The notes beneath the pieces are model-generated. The model was not told the DNA's origin. It was given only the letters and a program-made list of their open reading frames with translations, and did not search any database. The position numbers and the translations under genes were made by a program. Below are positions 1 through 9,743 of a DNA stretch of 48,199 nt, in pieces (the stretch's first letter is position 1; every line of letters starts with the position of its first letter). Origin of the DNA: Limisphaerales bacterium (lineage in GTDB: Bacteria; Verrucomicrobiota; Verrucomicrobiia; Limisphaerales; SIBE01). The stretch is taken from positions 1 to 48,199 of the forward strand of contig JBGAIN010000053.1 in NCBI GenBank assembly GCA_044225505.1, read 5' to 3'.

Positions 1-25
1 GGTTTCAGCAGAGCGGCCCGGCAGG

Positions 26-76
26 GAAATGTCTCACACAATGAGAACAATTTGTGGTCAAAGTGTGAGACCTTTC
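26..76. repeat. Long imperfect palindrome (REP-like), copy 1
   Basis: GAAATGTCTCACAC (26-39) and GTGTGAGACCTTTC (63-76) are inverted repeats with 1 mismatch; the interior is partly self-complementary; same arm sequence as 1481-1526. Confidence 0.8.
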
Positions 77-146
77 ATGAGCGCCTGATGCTCTGGCACT
101 TCTGTTCTCCCCAATCGGACCCATCGCCCCCCCGGACCCGGTCCAG

Positions 147-536
147 TCATCCTTGGCTGTTGATTCCATGGACCGTGCCGCACTCTGGTCCTCGAGAGGT
201 TTTGCCCGGCTCTTTCGGTTTGATCACGCCCACGGCGAGATAGGCTTCTCGAATTGTCATCAGCGGGGTCAGGCGCTCGGTGTGGGTGGATAGGCACATG
301 TAGCGATGGGCTGTCGCCCGGCTCAGCCCGCATTCCTCCGCCAACGCACGGTCAAAATCGCCGTGCCTCAGCAGTTCTTTCAATTGCACCAAAGCCCGCC
401 CGCATTCTATCGCGTTCCGAACTCGAACGGGATGAAGCCGTTCGGAGCGTGCGGCGGCGGCGCACTTGCGAATCGCATCGATGACCGCGGTGCGCTGCAG
501 GTCCGATTCTGCCGACGTGGATGGGCTGGTCGTCAT
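147..536 (-). CDS. DUF3102-like small protein
   Basis: AIECGRALVQLKELLRHGDF...GLSRATAHRYM resembles the DUF3102 pattern; ATG at 536 lies 4 bp after the stop of the upstream gene, so the longer ORF-track start was rejected. Confidence 0.65.
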   Translation of the reverse strand: MTTSPSTSAESDLQRTAVIDAIRKCAAAARSERLHPVRVRNAIECGRALVQLKELLRHGDFDRALAEECGLSRATAHRYMCLSTHTERLTPLMTIREAYLAVGVIKPKEPGKTSRGPECGTVHGINSQG

Positions 537-540
537 GAGG

Positions 541-1116
541 TCAGATGGAATGGACCAACGATGAGACCGTGGAGTGCCCCGCACGATCCGTCGCGGTAAC
601 TTCGATCGTAAGCGTCTGCCCTGGCGCCAAATCGGTCTGCGCCCGGTAAATCCAAACCTTGGAAACGCTCCCTTGCGCCGGCGCCGCAAAACCTTCCTCG
701 AGGCGAGTACGTTCCGCATTGCGAATAACCACGCCCACTTGGACCACCTTGAAATCATCTCCGGTCAAGATTAGCAGCGAGTCTCCCACCCGACCGGAGT
801 ATTGGCCCCCATCGACACTGACGATGACCGGGTCCTGGAGAAAGTCGGACATGGCCAGATCACACGTCCGCATCTTGCGATTTTGCGCTTCGCTGGCATA
901 AACAGACTTCAGAGTCGGTTCGCTGAGAACCCCACGAACATAAGGGTGGGCAAGCTTCATGCGACGTTGTCCCTTCGCTTCCGGTTCGGTCGATTTAGCG
1001 GTTTGCACGCCGACACTGCGCACAGTGACCGTGCCGTTGGGCTGGTGGGCGAAAACCAAGCCGCCCAGTTTACCACGGAGACGTCCATTCGGGTCAGACG
1101 GATTAACAGTAGCCAT
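541..1116 (-). CDS. Conserved hypothetical protein (G-x-L-R-G-K-L-G N-terminus, C-terminal Ig-like beta domain)
   Basis: MATVNPSDPNGRLRGKLGGLVF... N-terminus resembles DUF6266-type N-termini; ends in a beta-rich ...IEVTATDRAGH domain; start set at ATG 1116. Confidence 0.75.
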   Translation of the reverse strand: MATVNPSDPNGRLRGKLGGLVFAHQPNGTVTVRSVGVQTAKSTEPEAKGQRRMKLAHPYVRGVLSEPTLKSVYASEAQNRKMRTCDLAMSDFLQDPVIVSVDGGQYSGRVGDSLLILTGDDFKVVQVGVVIRNAERTRLEEGFAAPAQGSVSKVWIYRAQTDLAPGQTLTIEVTATDRAGHSTVSSLVHSI

Positions 1117-1204
1117 GTTTGATGGAGAGATATTGTTTGTTGATGATGATCGGGAGTGGAATGGATGTGTTCGAGAGGGAGGCATTCTGGCCGGGTCATT
1201 CGAG

Positions 1205-1248
1205 GCAAGGCCGGTGCAAGGCCGGTCCAACGCCGGTGCAAGGCCGGT
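1205..1248. repeat. 4 x 11-bp tandem repeat GCAAGGCCGGT
   Basis: gcaaggccggt gcaaggccggt ccaacgccggt gcaaggccggt; degenerate CCGG-containing units continue to about 1300. Confidence 0.85.
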
Positions 1249-1480
1249 CGCGGAACGGCTTTGCTCCGGGCTTGATCCGGTCTAACACCCGGTTTGGCCC
1301 GCTTCGATCTCGGGGATTGGAGTGCTCCATGGACACTCATTCCATCGGTCACACCAATTAGTATCCCTATCTATTACTGTCAATCCATAAAGCTCGTCTC
1401 ATTCAAAAAACTATTCCAAAGCCGCTCTGGCAGCTTCGCTGGAACGCCGCATCCCCCTCCCAAACAACCGAAAAAATGAG

Positions 1481-1526
1481 AATGTCTCACACTCTGCGGC
1501 CAATTGGCGACAGAGTGTGAGACATT
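1481..1526. repeat. Long near-perfect palindrome (REP-like), copy 2, flanked by direct repeats
   Basis: AATGTCTCACACTCTG / CAGAGTGTGAGACATT perfect 16-bp arms around GCCAATTGGC; CCCCTCC(C)AAACAACC occurs at 1454-1469 and 1537-1551. Confidence 0.85.
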
Positions 1527-1837
1527 TCAAGAGCCTCCCCTCCAAACAACCAACACCAGACAACGCCGGGCTCCATGATCGACGAACCCGTCATGCTCCG
1601 CATCCTTGATCATGAGCCGCTGCAAGTCAGCGTGACGAATCTGTAACTGCGGTGAAACAACTCGACTGAGCGCTGGAATTTGCTTGGTTGTGGGCAGTAT
1701 CGCTCATACCGTGGGGACATCGTTTAGGAGTCATTGACTCCGGAGAAGTTCCCGCGAATCCATTAACGTCCTGGGCCAATATCCATGATTGGTTGCCCGG
1801 GCAGGGCAGAAACAATCCGCCATCGAGAGGGGTTCAA

Positions 1838-2710
1838 ATGAAGTTGGAACATGCCAAAGATTCAGTTTCGACACGGTCTATTCTTTCGCAGACAGGGGAG
1901 ATGCGGAAACTCAGAAAAAGGGAACGAAGATTGGCCTTTCGGAAGAATGAGGGAGCTTGCGGTAGAGAAATTTGGCAACCGGGATGGCGAGGGTTTACTC
2001 TCATCGAACTGCTGGTGGTGATTGCAATCATCGCCATCCTCGCTGGCATGCTTCTGCCTGCGCTCGCTCGGGCCAAGGAGAGCAGCCGCCGGATCAAGTG
2101 CCTCAACAACCTGCGCCAGATTGGAATCGGCATACATCTCTATGCCGACGACAATGTGGACCGCGTCGTTGAAGCGCGCTTCAATCAGATTCAGATCTGT
2201 TTGAATCCACCGGAAGAACGCGCCGCCGCGAGCGTTGGACTCAAGGCGGGCGATGCCAAAGGGCAGATTTGGACCTGTCCCAACCGGCCGGATTTTCCAC
2301 AGTACGAACGGCAATACGATCAATGGGTGATCGGCTTTCAATATTTCGGAGGAATCACGAATTGGATTAACCCGGCTGGAACCTTTCCCTCACGGAGCCC
2401 AGTGAAGACTTCCCTTTCACAGCCTGGTTGGACCTTGGCGGCCGACGCCAATATGAAAATCGACGGCAAATGGGGCGGCGGCCGCGATAGTGCCTATAAG
2501 GCGATGCCAGCGCACCGAAGAACGAAAACGTCGCCGCCCGAGGGTGGAAACCAGGTCTTTATGGACGGATCGGCGCGTTGGGTGAAATTGGATCGGATGC
2601 TCTTTCTTCACAGTTGGGCGGCAGACGGAACGCGGGATGCATACTTTTTTCAAGAGGATATTGGAGACAAACTTCAAGCCAAGATCGAGTCTCTCCGTCC
2701 CAAACTGTAG
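1838..2710 (+). CDS. Prepilin-type N-terminal cleavage/methylation (pseudopilin-like) protein with H-X9-DG-type C-terminal motif
   Basis: [51 protein letters not shown]. Start 1838 or 1901, both with purine-rich RBS. Confidence 0.9.
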   Translation: MKLEHAKDSVSTRSILSQTGEMRKLRKRERRLAFRKNEGACGREIWQPGWRGFTLIELLVVIAIIAILAGMLLPALARAKESSRRIKCLNNLRQIGIGIHLYADDNVDRVVEARFNQIQICLNPPEERAAASVGLKAGDAKGQIWTCPNRPDFPQYERQYDQWVIGFQYFGGITNWINPAGTFPSRSPVKTSLSQPGWTLAADANMKIDGKWGGGRDSAYKAMPAHRRTKTSPPEGGNQVFMDGSARWVKLDRMLFLHSWAADGTRDAYFFQEDIGDKLQAKIESLRPKL

Positions 2711-2740
2711 TAAGGGTCCCGCCAACATTGGCTTGCCCGA

Positions 2741-2839
2741 TTCGTCATCGACCATTTGGCTTGGGGTGCTTGTTCCTCCTGGAACGAGGACGACGTCGGG
2801 CGACGGGGTCTCGGCCAGAGTGTGAGAGACACCCATCAA
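2741..2839 (-). pseudogene. DJ-1/PfpI family fragment
   Basis: SHTLAETPSPDVVLVPGGTSTPSQMVDDE resembles the DxxxVPGG region of DJ-1/PfpI proteins; no N- or C-terminal part is visible. Confidence 0.5.
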
Positions 2840-2963
2840 GACCCTGATCCCTTGTTTCTTTTACGGCACGAACATTGCTAGCCTCCAGCTTGGTGCAGGC
2901 TGAACTCCCGCTGGGGGCTTGAGAATGAGTCACGGATCGGTCGGAGCAGTGCCCGCCGCAACT

Positions 2964-3761
2964 ATGCGCACGCCCCGATTTGCCATTTTGATTGCCGCCG
3001 CCGCTCTCATGCCGAGCGCGTTACGAGCGCAACTCACCATTATTGCCAACGAAGATTTTGTCTACACGGCCGGCACCTTAGCCGGCAAAAATGGCGGCAC
3101 GGGCTGGTTGTCGGCCTGGGTGCGCGATTACGGTGCGGGTATTAGCCTGGCCGTTTCCGCCACTGGGTTGACCTATACGGGGTTGGACACCAGCGGCGGC
3201 AGCCTGACCTGGACGTCCGGTGGGAATGGCATCAGTGAAGCGTCCCGAACCCTTCCGCTGATGGACACGGGCGTTGTCTATCTCCAGTTTCTCAGTCAAT
3301 TCGGATCGAGCAGCGGCGGCGGAACTCCCAATGTACGTTTATTAAACTCCGGCACGTTAACGGGCGGCTTTGGAGGGAACGGCGGAACTTACGGCACGAA
3401 GATGTCCATTCTCAACGCCAGCCTCAGTGCCGCAGCCGACGGTTCATCCTCCAGTTCCGCGAATTTATCAGCGCTCAATCTGGTGGTGGCGCGAATCGAC
3501 TATGCAAACCAGAACACGAAGATGTGGGTGAACCCGAACTTATCGACGTTCGATTACCAGAACCCACCGACCGCCAACGCGACCTACGCAGGCTTAGCGC
3601 CAGCCTTCAACGGGATCGCGCTGTATACGAGGAACCCGGGCAAGTTCGACGAGATAACGGTCATGACCATGGCGGTGCCAGAACCGGCCAGCGCGAGCTT
3701 GGCCATGGCGATTCTAGTGCTGCTCGGCACGGGCGCTCGGGCGATCTACCAGCGCTGTTAG
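2964..3761 (+). CDS. PEP-CTERM sorting domain protein
   Basis: Signal peptide (MRTPRFAILIAAAALMPSALRA), Gly/Ser/Thr-rich body, C-terminal VPEPAS + hydrophobic helix + basic residues. Confidence 0.9.
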   Translation: MRTPRFAILIAAAALMPSALRAQLTIIANEDFVYTAGTLAGKNGGTGWLSAWVRDYGAGISLAVSATGLTYTGLDTSGGSLTWTSGGNGISEASRTLPLMDTGVVYLQFLSQFGSSSGGGTPNVRLLNSGTLTGGFGGNGGTYGTKMSILNASLSAAADGSSSSSANLSALNLVVARIDYANQNTKMWVNPNLSTFDYQNPPTANATYAGLAPAFNGIALYTRNPGKFDEITVMTMAVPEPASASLAMAILVLLGTGARAIYQRC

Positions 3762-4087
3762 ATCGCGACGCCAGCCCATCAATGGCACCACCGCAGCCAT
3801 CGGTCGGCTACAAAGCAAGGCCGCAGCAGGATTGCCGTCGCCGTTTGGCCACTCCTTTCCATCCCCGGGTTCCGCAACTTCCTCGCCCAGAAAGGTCAGC
3901 GAACCTGGAATCCCGTTGGTTCGCATTGGACTTGCTGAAGTCAGCAGTTAGGGGCACTATTGTCCTGCTTTCCGGAAGCATCCTGTCCGCGGAAATGGGC
4001 TAAGCCCAACCGGCTGATTCACGTTAAGTCAACCTGACTTTCTTGCCCGATTTGGCGGACGCACGGGCGCAACGAGGAAGTAAGGTT

Positions 4088-5368
4088 ATGGCAACAGTTT
4101 CACGGGGGCTCCCACAGAAGCCCCATCTCGATGTTCCCAAACGCGAAGCGCGAGCACTTCTAAAAGCTTGGCAATCGAGGCTACCCGACGCGCTCGACCG
4201 AATTCGCAAGCGACATCCGAGATTCCGTCATGGGGATGACGCCGCGATCAGGGCGGGGAAATTCCTTCTGAATGACGCCCAGCTTGTCGTCGCACGCGAG
4301 TATGGGTTTTCCACGTGGACAGAGTTGAAGGAGCGGATCAACGCGAACACGGTCGCAGGGCTTTTGCAGGAGGCGATGCGCAACAATGATGTCGAGACCG
4401 TCGTGAGGCATTTGAAGGCGAATCCCAGCCTGCTGCACATTCCGTTACGGAGCGGCAATTGGGGACCGCCCATGAGCCATGCGGCGAACCTCGGGAGGCT
4501 CGAGATCATCCAAGCAGTGTCAGCGCTCGGAGCCCAAGATCACCAGCATGCCTTCGATCGAGCCGTACTCCAGGGCAAGCTGGAATGTGCACGTTGGCTT
4601 CACGCGAACGGCGCGAAATTGTCACCAGGCATCGTGATGGGAGCGTGTGAAACGTTGAATCCGGCCGGGCTCGGTTTCTTAGCTGACTTGGGGGCGCCGT
4701 TCACCGATGCCAAAGGAAATCGACTTGCACCACTCGCATTGGCCTTGGAGACGTATGGGCGGAATCCCATGGGGAAGCATGCCGTGCTCGAGATTTTCGC
4801 ACGGCAGGGCTATGTGTGGCCGGACACACCGATCATGGCGTTTCATCGCGGTGACCTAAAGCGGCTCAAAGAGTTTCTCCAGGATGATCCGGACCTGACT
4901 CGGCGGCGGTTTAGGACGGTGGAGATTTATCCGCCCGAATTGGGTTGCGCCAAGGACGGCCGATCGGGAATGCACTGGACGCCCATTGACGGAACCACCC
5001 TGCTGCACCTGGCGATCGATTTCGATGAAGTTGAGATTTTCGAATCTCTCTTGGAGCACGGCGCGGACGTCAACGCGGCGGCGAATGTGGACGCGGCAGG
5101 CTTCGGCGGGCACACGCCGATCTACAACGCCGTGGTCAGCCATGGGAGAAGCCAGGGATCGATGGCGCAAACGCTGCTGGAGCGAGGCGCATCGACAACC
5201 GTACGAGCATCGTTGCGAAAGTTCCTCGATTGGTGTGAAACGCCCAGTTGGCACGAAGTGCGGAATGTGACACCGGCGGAATGGGCGCAAACCTTTCCAG
5301 ACCAAGGGTGGGTAAACTCAGAAGCCCTGCGACTGGTTGAATCCAAGGGCGGCGCGAGGTCGAGTTGA
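4088..5368 (+). CDS. Ankyrin-repeat protein with N-terminal AQLVVAREYGFxxWxxLK domain
   Basis: GTTLLHLAIDFD..LLEHGADVNA and GHTPIYNAV ankyrin motifs; GAGGAAGTAAGG RBS before ATG 4088. Confidence 0.9.
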   Translation: MATVSRGLPQKPHLDVPKREARALLKAWQSRLPDALDRIRKRHPRFRHGDDAAIRAGKFLLNDAQLVVAREYGFSTWTELKERINANTVAGLLQEAMRNNDVETVVRHLKANPSLLHIPLRSGNWGPPMSHAANLGRLEIIQAVSALGAQDHQHAFDRAVLQGKLECARWLHANGAKLSPGIVMGACETLNPAGLGFLADLGAPFTDAKGNRLAPLALALETYGRNPMGKHAVLEIFARQGYVWPDTPIMAFHRGDLKRLKEFLQDDPDLTRRRFRTVEIYPPELGCAKDGRSGMHWTPIDGTTLLHLAIDFDEVEIFESLLEHGADVNAAANVDAAGFGGHTPIYNAVVSHGRSQGSMAQTLLERGASTTVRASLRKFLDWCETPSWHEVRNVTPAEWAQTFPDQGWVNSEALRLVESKGGARSS

Positions 5369-5557
5369 CAGGCCTGGGTAGCAGGCAGCCGCGCGGCTTG
5401 ATTATTCGTCGCTCTGAGACAATAATTCCATGCTGCGCGGTCTGCCGGTGGCTGCGCCATCGCTAGACGCCCGACTGGTCAGGTGGCAATTGAGCCTAAG
5501 ACAGTTCCCAAAGCCACTTGATGAGATCTGGACTGCCACGCCACGAAAGGATTTTGT

Positions 5558-8377
5558 ATGGTCAAAAACTGTACTCGATCGTTTAACCTGGCCCCGACAA
5601 GCCAAGACGGGAGTTGGAAGATTTTCGCATCCCGCTGGAGGAGTATCAGCCTTGGCCTCGCGCTGGCGTCGGTTCCAGTGGGCGGAGAGGTAGTCATCAA
5701 CGAGATCTTCTACCACCCTCCCAATGACCTGGAGGATCTTCAGTTCATCGAGGTTCACAACGCCGCAACGAACCCTGTCGATCTGAGCGGTTGGAGCTTG
5801 GCAGGAGGGATCGAATCAAACTTTGCGGTGGGCAGTTCGCTCGCTGGCCAGGGGTATTTCGTACTCGCGGCTAATCCCGAACGATTTCAAGAGTATTACG
5901 GGTTCTCGCCCGCTGGCACATTTCGCGGGACATTAAGCCGGAAAGGCACGCGAATCAGCCTCTTGAACGCGCAGGGCCAGCGGATTGATGATGTCTCTTA
6001 CCAGGACTCGCCTCCTTGGCCAGCCGGTGCGGATGGCTACTCGGCTTCCTTGGAGCGGATCTGTCCTTCTGCAGATGGCAACCTATCGCAAAACTGGGCG
6101 GCTTCTCCTTTGCCGAGAGGGGAAATCAAACCGGCAGGGACTCCCGGGCAGAAGAACGCAAATTTCGCCGCATCTCTTCCTCCGCTCATTTCCGATGTCA
6201 GATTTTCACCCGCCAGTCCCAGACCCGGGGAGGAGGTCACCGTGGAGGCGCAGGTGGACGACGCTAGAGGCGCTCGCGAAGTGACCCTTCGATACCGCCT
6301 TGCCGCCCCGGGCGGCCAACCCGCAGAACTCACCTTACCCATGACCAAACTGGACCGACAGCGTTGGACGGGGAAGATCCCTGGCCAACAAGCGGGGCAA
6401 CTCGTTCGATTCCGGATTCAGGCTGTGAATCAACAGGGAGCGGAGCGATACCACCCAGGCGCAAACGAGCCGCAACCCGCGTTTTCATACTTTGTTGCGG
6501 ACAAACCCGAGGGTGCACGGATTCCACTCGCGTTCATTCTCAACACCGATCAGAACGACCAGCGATCTATCGAGCAGCATCTACAGGCGACCAGTGGAAC
6601 TTCTGACGGGCAGCAACTGCGCCTGTATGCACAAATGCAGATGGAAGCGGCGCTGCAACTGAGCCCACTCTGGTTTGAGCTGGCGGTGGTGCAACAATCT
6701 TCATTCGAGCAGATGTCCAAACTCCGGCCGGTATTCGTGGCCAACGCAGCCGAAAGGGATCGACTGATCGCCGAGCCGGTGAAGGCGAGTGACTATAAAG
6801 AGGCGCGGGAAAAAATCGGGCAAATCGCCGACGCCTTCCACCAAGGGGTCGCCAGCGCCGTGAAGCCGCTGCTGAACGACGCGCAATATGCCAAGGCAAC
6901 CGAGCTCTTGCCGCAAAAGAAAGCCTCGCGTGGACCGCAGCCGATCACCCCAGACGCGTTGCTCCGGCGCTTTCTCAAGCTGGAAGACACGTTCTTTAAG
7001 TTAACGATTCAGTTCGAATTGACCCAACCGGTGTTCCAACAGATCGCCGAAATTCACCGCGCGGGTGTGTCTCGCCGGGCCGAGGTGACACCGGTCGTCC
7101 AGGCCCTCACCCAGGGACAAGGTGAACTCGCCGACGTGCATGACAAACTCGACGCCATCCGGACTTCGGTGGGCAAGCAGGTGGAGAGCCTCCTGACCCG
7201 GGAACAGAGAATCCAGTGGAAACGTTGGCTCAGAGAGAGCGAGTCGGCCATGGCCGGAAAAGTCCGGACGCCACCGCCCAAGCGACCCCAGGGAAGTTCT
7301 GCCTTCGTCTATATCCCCCCGGAGACTGGCGCGCCCGAAGTCTACGACTTCATCACGGTGACGGAACGGAATTCGGGGCTCAACGTGCATTTCCTGGACG
7401 CCCAACACTTTCACGAGATGAGCACGATCAATCTGTTCTACGAGGTCAACGATCGTTTTGTCCTGGCGGAACCTTTGGCGTATGAGTTGTACCGCCGGGT
7501 GGGAGTTCCCGCCCCAACGGCCAACCATCTCCGGCTGACCGTAGACGGCCGGCCATTAGGGCTTTATTTGGCTGTTGAGCAGCCGAACCGAGCGTTCCTC
7601 AGGCGCCATCGCCGCGATGCCCGAGGGAATCTCTACAAAATTCTTTGGTATGGCCGGAGCGTAGAAGGGCAGCACGAGAAGAAGACCCATCGGAAACAAG
7701 GACACGAAGACTTGATTGAACTGCTGAGCAGGCTCGAGCAGTCGCGCCACGATCCGGATGCGCAATGGTCGCTCATCGAGAAACACTTTCACGTTCCCCA
7801 AGTCATCGACTACTTCGCGGTGAATATGTGCCTCTCTCATTGGGATGGGTTCTTCAACAACTATTTCGCCTATCACGACGCTCGCGGAACGGGCCGGTGG
7901 GAAATGTACCCCTGGGACCAGGACAAGACCTGGGGATTCCACGACGGTCTCAAGCCAGGCCAGGTATTCTACGACATGCCCGTCACTTTTGGGATGGAAG
8001 GAGATCGTCCACCGGGGTATCCAAAGGACCGACCCGCTCCACGGGGCTTTGCCGGCGACACTGCTTGGTGGAGACCAGGCGGCCCTTTCTCCAAACCGCT
8101 GCTGGCAAACCCACACTTCCGCAAGCAGTTCCTAGGGCGAACCAAGGAGATCCTACAGACCGTCTATTCCGAAGAGGCGTTTTTTCCAGCGATCGATACG
8201 CTGGGCACCCTTTTGGCTGAGGAAGTCCGCTGGCGCGCGAGGATTCTGAACCAGGACCCCGATCAGGCGGGCGCAATGCTGCAGGATAATCTTAAATCCC
8301 TGAAAGAGCACCTGACCCGGCGCCGACAGTTCCTCCTCGAACAGGAAGAGATACGTTCCGCCTCACGGGACGGTTAG
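5558..8377 (+). CDS. Lamin-tail domain / CotH kinase family secreted protein
   Basis: VVINEIFYHP...FIEVHN...VDLSGWSL (LTD); C-terminal LAYELYRRVGVPAP, HWDGFFNNY, WEMYPWDQDKTWG (CotH-like). Confidence 0.88.
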   Translation: MVKNCTRSFNLAPTSQDGSWKIFASRWRSISLGLALASVPVGGEVVINEIFYHPPNDLEDLQFIEVHNAATNPVDLSGWSLAGGIESNFAVGSSLAGQGYFVLAANPERFQEYYGFSPAGTFRGTLSRKGTRISLLNAQGQRIDDVSYQDSPPWPAGADGYSASLERICPSADGNLSQNWAASPLPRGEIKPAGTPGQKNANFAASLPPLISDVRFSPASPRPGEEVTVEAQVDDARGAREVTLRYRLAAPGGQPAELTLPMTKLDRQRWTGKIPGQQAGQLVRFRIQAVNQQGAERYHPGANEPQPAFSYFVADKPEGARIPLAFILNTDQNDQRSIEQHLQATSGTSDGQQLRLYAQMQMEAALQLSPLWFELAVVQQSSFEQMSKLRPVFVANAAERDRLIAEPVKASDYKEAREKIGQIADAFHQGVASAVKPLLNDAQYAKATELLPQKKASRGPQPITPDALLRRFLKLEDTFFKLTIQFELTQPVFQQIAEIHRAGVSRRAEVTPVVQALTQGQGELADVHDKLDAIRTSVGKQVESLLTREQRIQWKRWLRESESAMAGKVRTPPPKRPQGSSAFVYIPPETGAPEVYDFITVTERNSGLNVHFLDAQHFHEMSTINLFYEVNDRFVLAEPLAYELYRRVGVPAPTANHLRLTVDGRPLGLYLAVEQPNRAFLRRHRRDARGNLYKILWYGRSVEGQHEKKTHRKQGHEDLIELLSRLEQSRHDPDAQWSLIEKHFHVPQVIDYFAVNMCLSHWDGFFNNYFAYHDARGTGRWEMYPWDQDKTWGFHDGLKPGQVFYDMPVTFGMEGDRPPGYPKDRPAPRGFAGDTAWWRPGGPFSKPLLANPHFRKQFLGRTKEILQTVYSEEAFFPAIDTLGTLLAEEVRWRARILNQDPDQAGAMLQDNLKSLKEHLTRRRQFLLEQEEIRSASRDG

Positions 8378-8422
8378 CGAGAACGCTCCGCGCCCTGTCG
8401 GAGGCCATGATCGGCGGACTCT

Positions 8423-9646
8423 CTACCGCAAAGGCAGAGCCAGGCAGACCAGATTGCCGGCAGCGTTCCGCAGGTAGAGGCGTCCATTGGCCAGGGCGGG
8501 AGTCGACCAACATCGCCCACCGAGAACCTGGATTTGAGCGATGGTTTGGTAGGCGGTGGGAGTCGCCGCGACGACGTGGAGCACCCCATTCTCCGCCAAC
8601 GCCAGCAAATGGCCGTCCGCCAGCAGAAGCGTCCCTAAACCAAGAATCGGCGAGGCCCATTTCTCTTCGCCTGAATTCCAGTCCAGGCATTTGAGTTGCC
8701 GATCATCGAAACCGTAGAGATAGCCGTTGGCAAGCACGCAGCTTCCAAAGTAGGTCCGCATGGCCTGGTTTCGCCAGAGCTGCTTCGGTTCCGGACCCGC
8801 CATGTCAAACAAGGCGCAGCCAACGCCATGACCGCTGCAAACAAAGAGCTTCCCTTCCGAAAAGAGAACGTCGGAAGCGTTCTGATCCCAGGTTGTCTTC
8901 CATGGAATTCTCCAGAGGACCTCTCCATGCGCCACGGCGGCCGCCACAACTTCGTGACCGCTGACAAATGCGAATAGGTTGGTGCCGTGAACGTTGAAAA
9001 CCGAGGGAGTCGAGTACCCGGAATGCCCGGGGCCATTGCTCCAAAGCGTCTCTCCAGTAAGTTTGTTGACAGCCAACCCCGCTGGGCCGACGGGGATGAG
9101 CAGCCGGTCTTCGGCGACCACAATCGAGCCAGCGAAGCCCCACCAGACGTGATAGTCGTCTTTCGTCAGGGTCGGATTTGCGAACTGTCGCGACCAGAGC
9201 ACTTTCCCGCTCTCGGCGCTCAGGCAGAAGCAATGTCCGAATTTACTGAGGCTGTAGACCCGTTCCCCGTCCACGGTGGGCGTAGACAAAGGACCACCCT
9301 CAAAGCTCTTCGGATCGAGAGGACTGGCATAGGAATGTCGCCACAGTTCCCGGCCTGTTTCCGCGTGCAAGCAGTAAAGAGTGTCGACGTCCTCCCGATT
9401 CCCAAGCGCATAGAGACGCCCGCCAGCAATGACGGGAGAAGAAAAGCCTTTGCCAACATTGCTCTTCCAGGCCACAACTGGATTCTTGGCTGCCAGTACC
9501 CAATCAAATCCCGCTTCGACCGAAATGCCATCACGATTCGGCCCACGCCATTGAGTCCAATCCGCTGCGTAGCTGCCCCGGGGTGAGGTCAGGATAGGAA
9601 TCACCAACCCCATGAGACAGCCGATCGCCCAACCATACGTCTTCAT
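8423..9646 (-). CDS. PQQ-binding-like beta-propeller repeat protein
   Basis: Signal peptide then ADWTQWRGPNRDG; repeated G-x-x-x-W and STP motifs; ends WSTPALANGRLYLR. Confidence 0.92.
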   Translation of the reverse strand: MKTYGWAIGCLMGLVIPILTSPRGSYAADWTQWRGPNRDGISVEAGFDWVLAAKNPVVAWKSNVGKGFSSPVIAGGRLYALGNREDVDTLYCLHAETGRELWRHSYASPLDPKSFEGGPLSTPTVDGERVYSLSKFGHCFCLSAESGKVLWSRQFANPTLTKDDYHVWWGFAGSIVVAEDRLLIPVGPAGLAVNKLTGETLWSNGPGHSGYSTPSVFNVHGTNLFAFVSGHEVVAAAVAHGEVLWRIPWKTTWDQNASDVLFSEGKLFVCSGHGVGCALFDMAGPEPKQLWRNQAMRTYFGSCVLANGYLYGFDDRQLKCLDWNSGEEKWASPILGLGTLLLADGHLLALAENGVLHVVAATPTAYQTIAQIQVLGGRCWSTPALANGRLYLRNAAGNLVCLALPLR

Positions 9647-9743
9647 ACGTTGGGCAGACTATCCAGTAACCCCCGGACCAGGTCAATCGGAGAGCCGATT
9701 CCTGCGCTTGGATGTCCGAGGCATTGTCGGCAAAGGATATCCG

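Noticed and set aside
1205..1248. CRISPR-like repeat
   Set aside because: 11-bp units are directly adjacent with no spacers
2816..2830. Third copy of the TGTCTCACAC palindrome arm (CAGAGTGTGAGAGAC)
   Set aside because: Only a partial half-site, explained by the SHTL codons of the DJ-1/PfpI fragment
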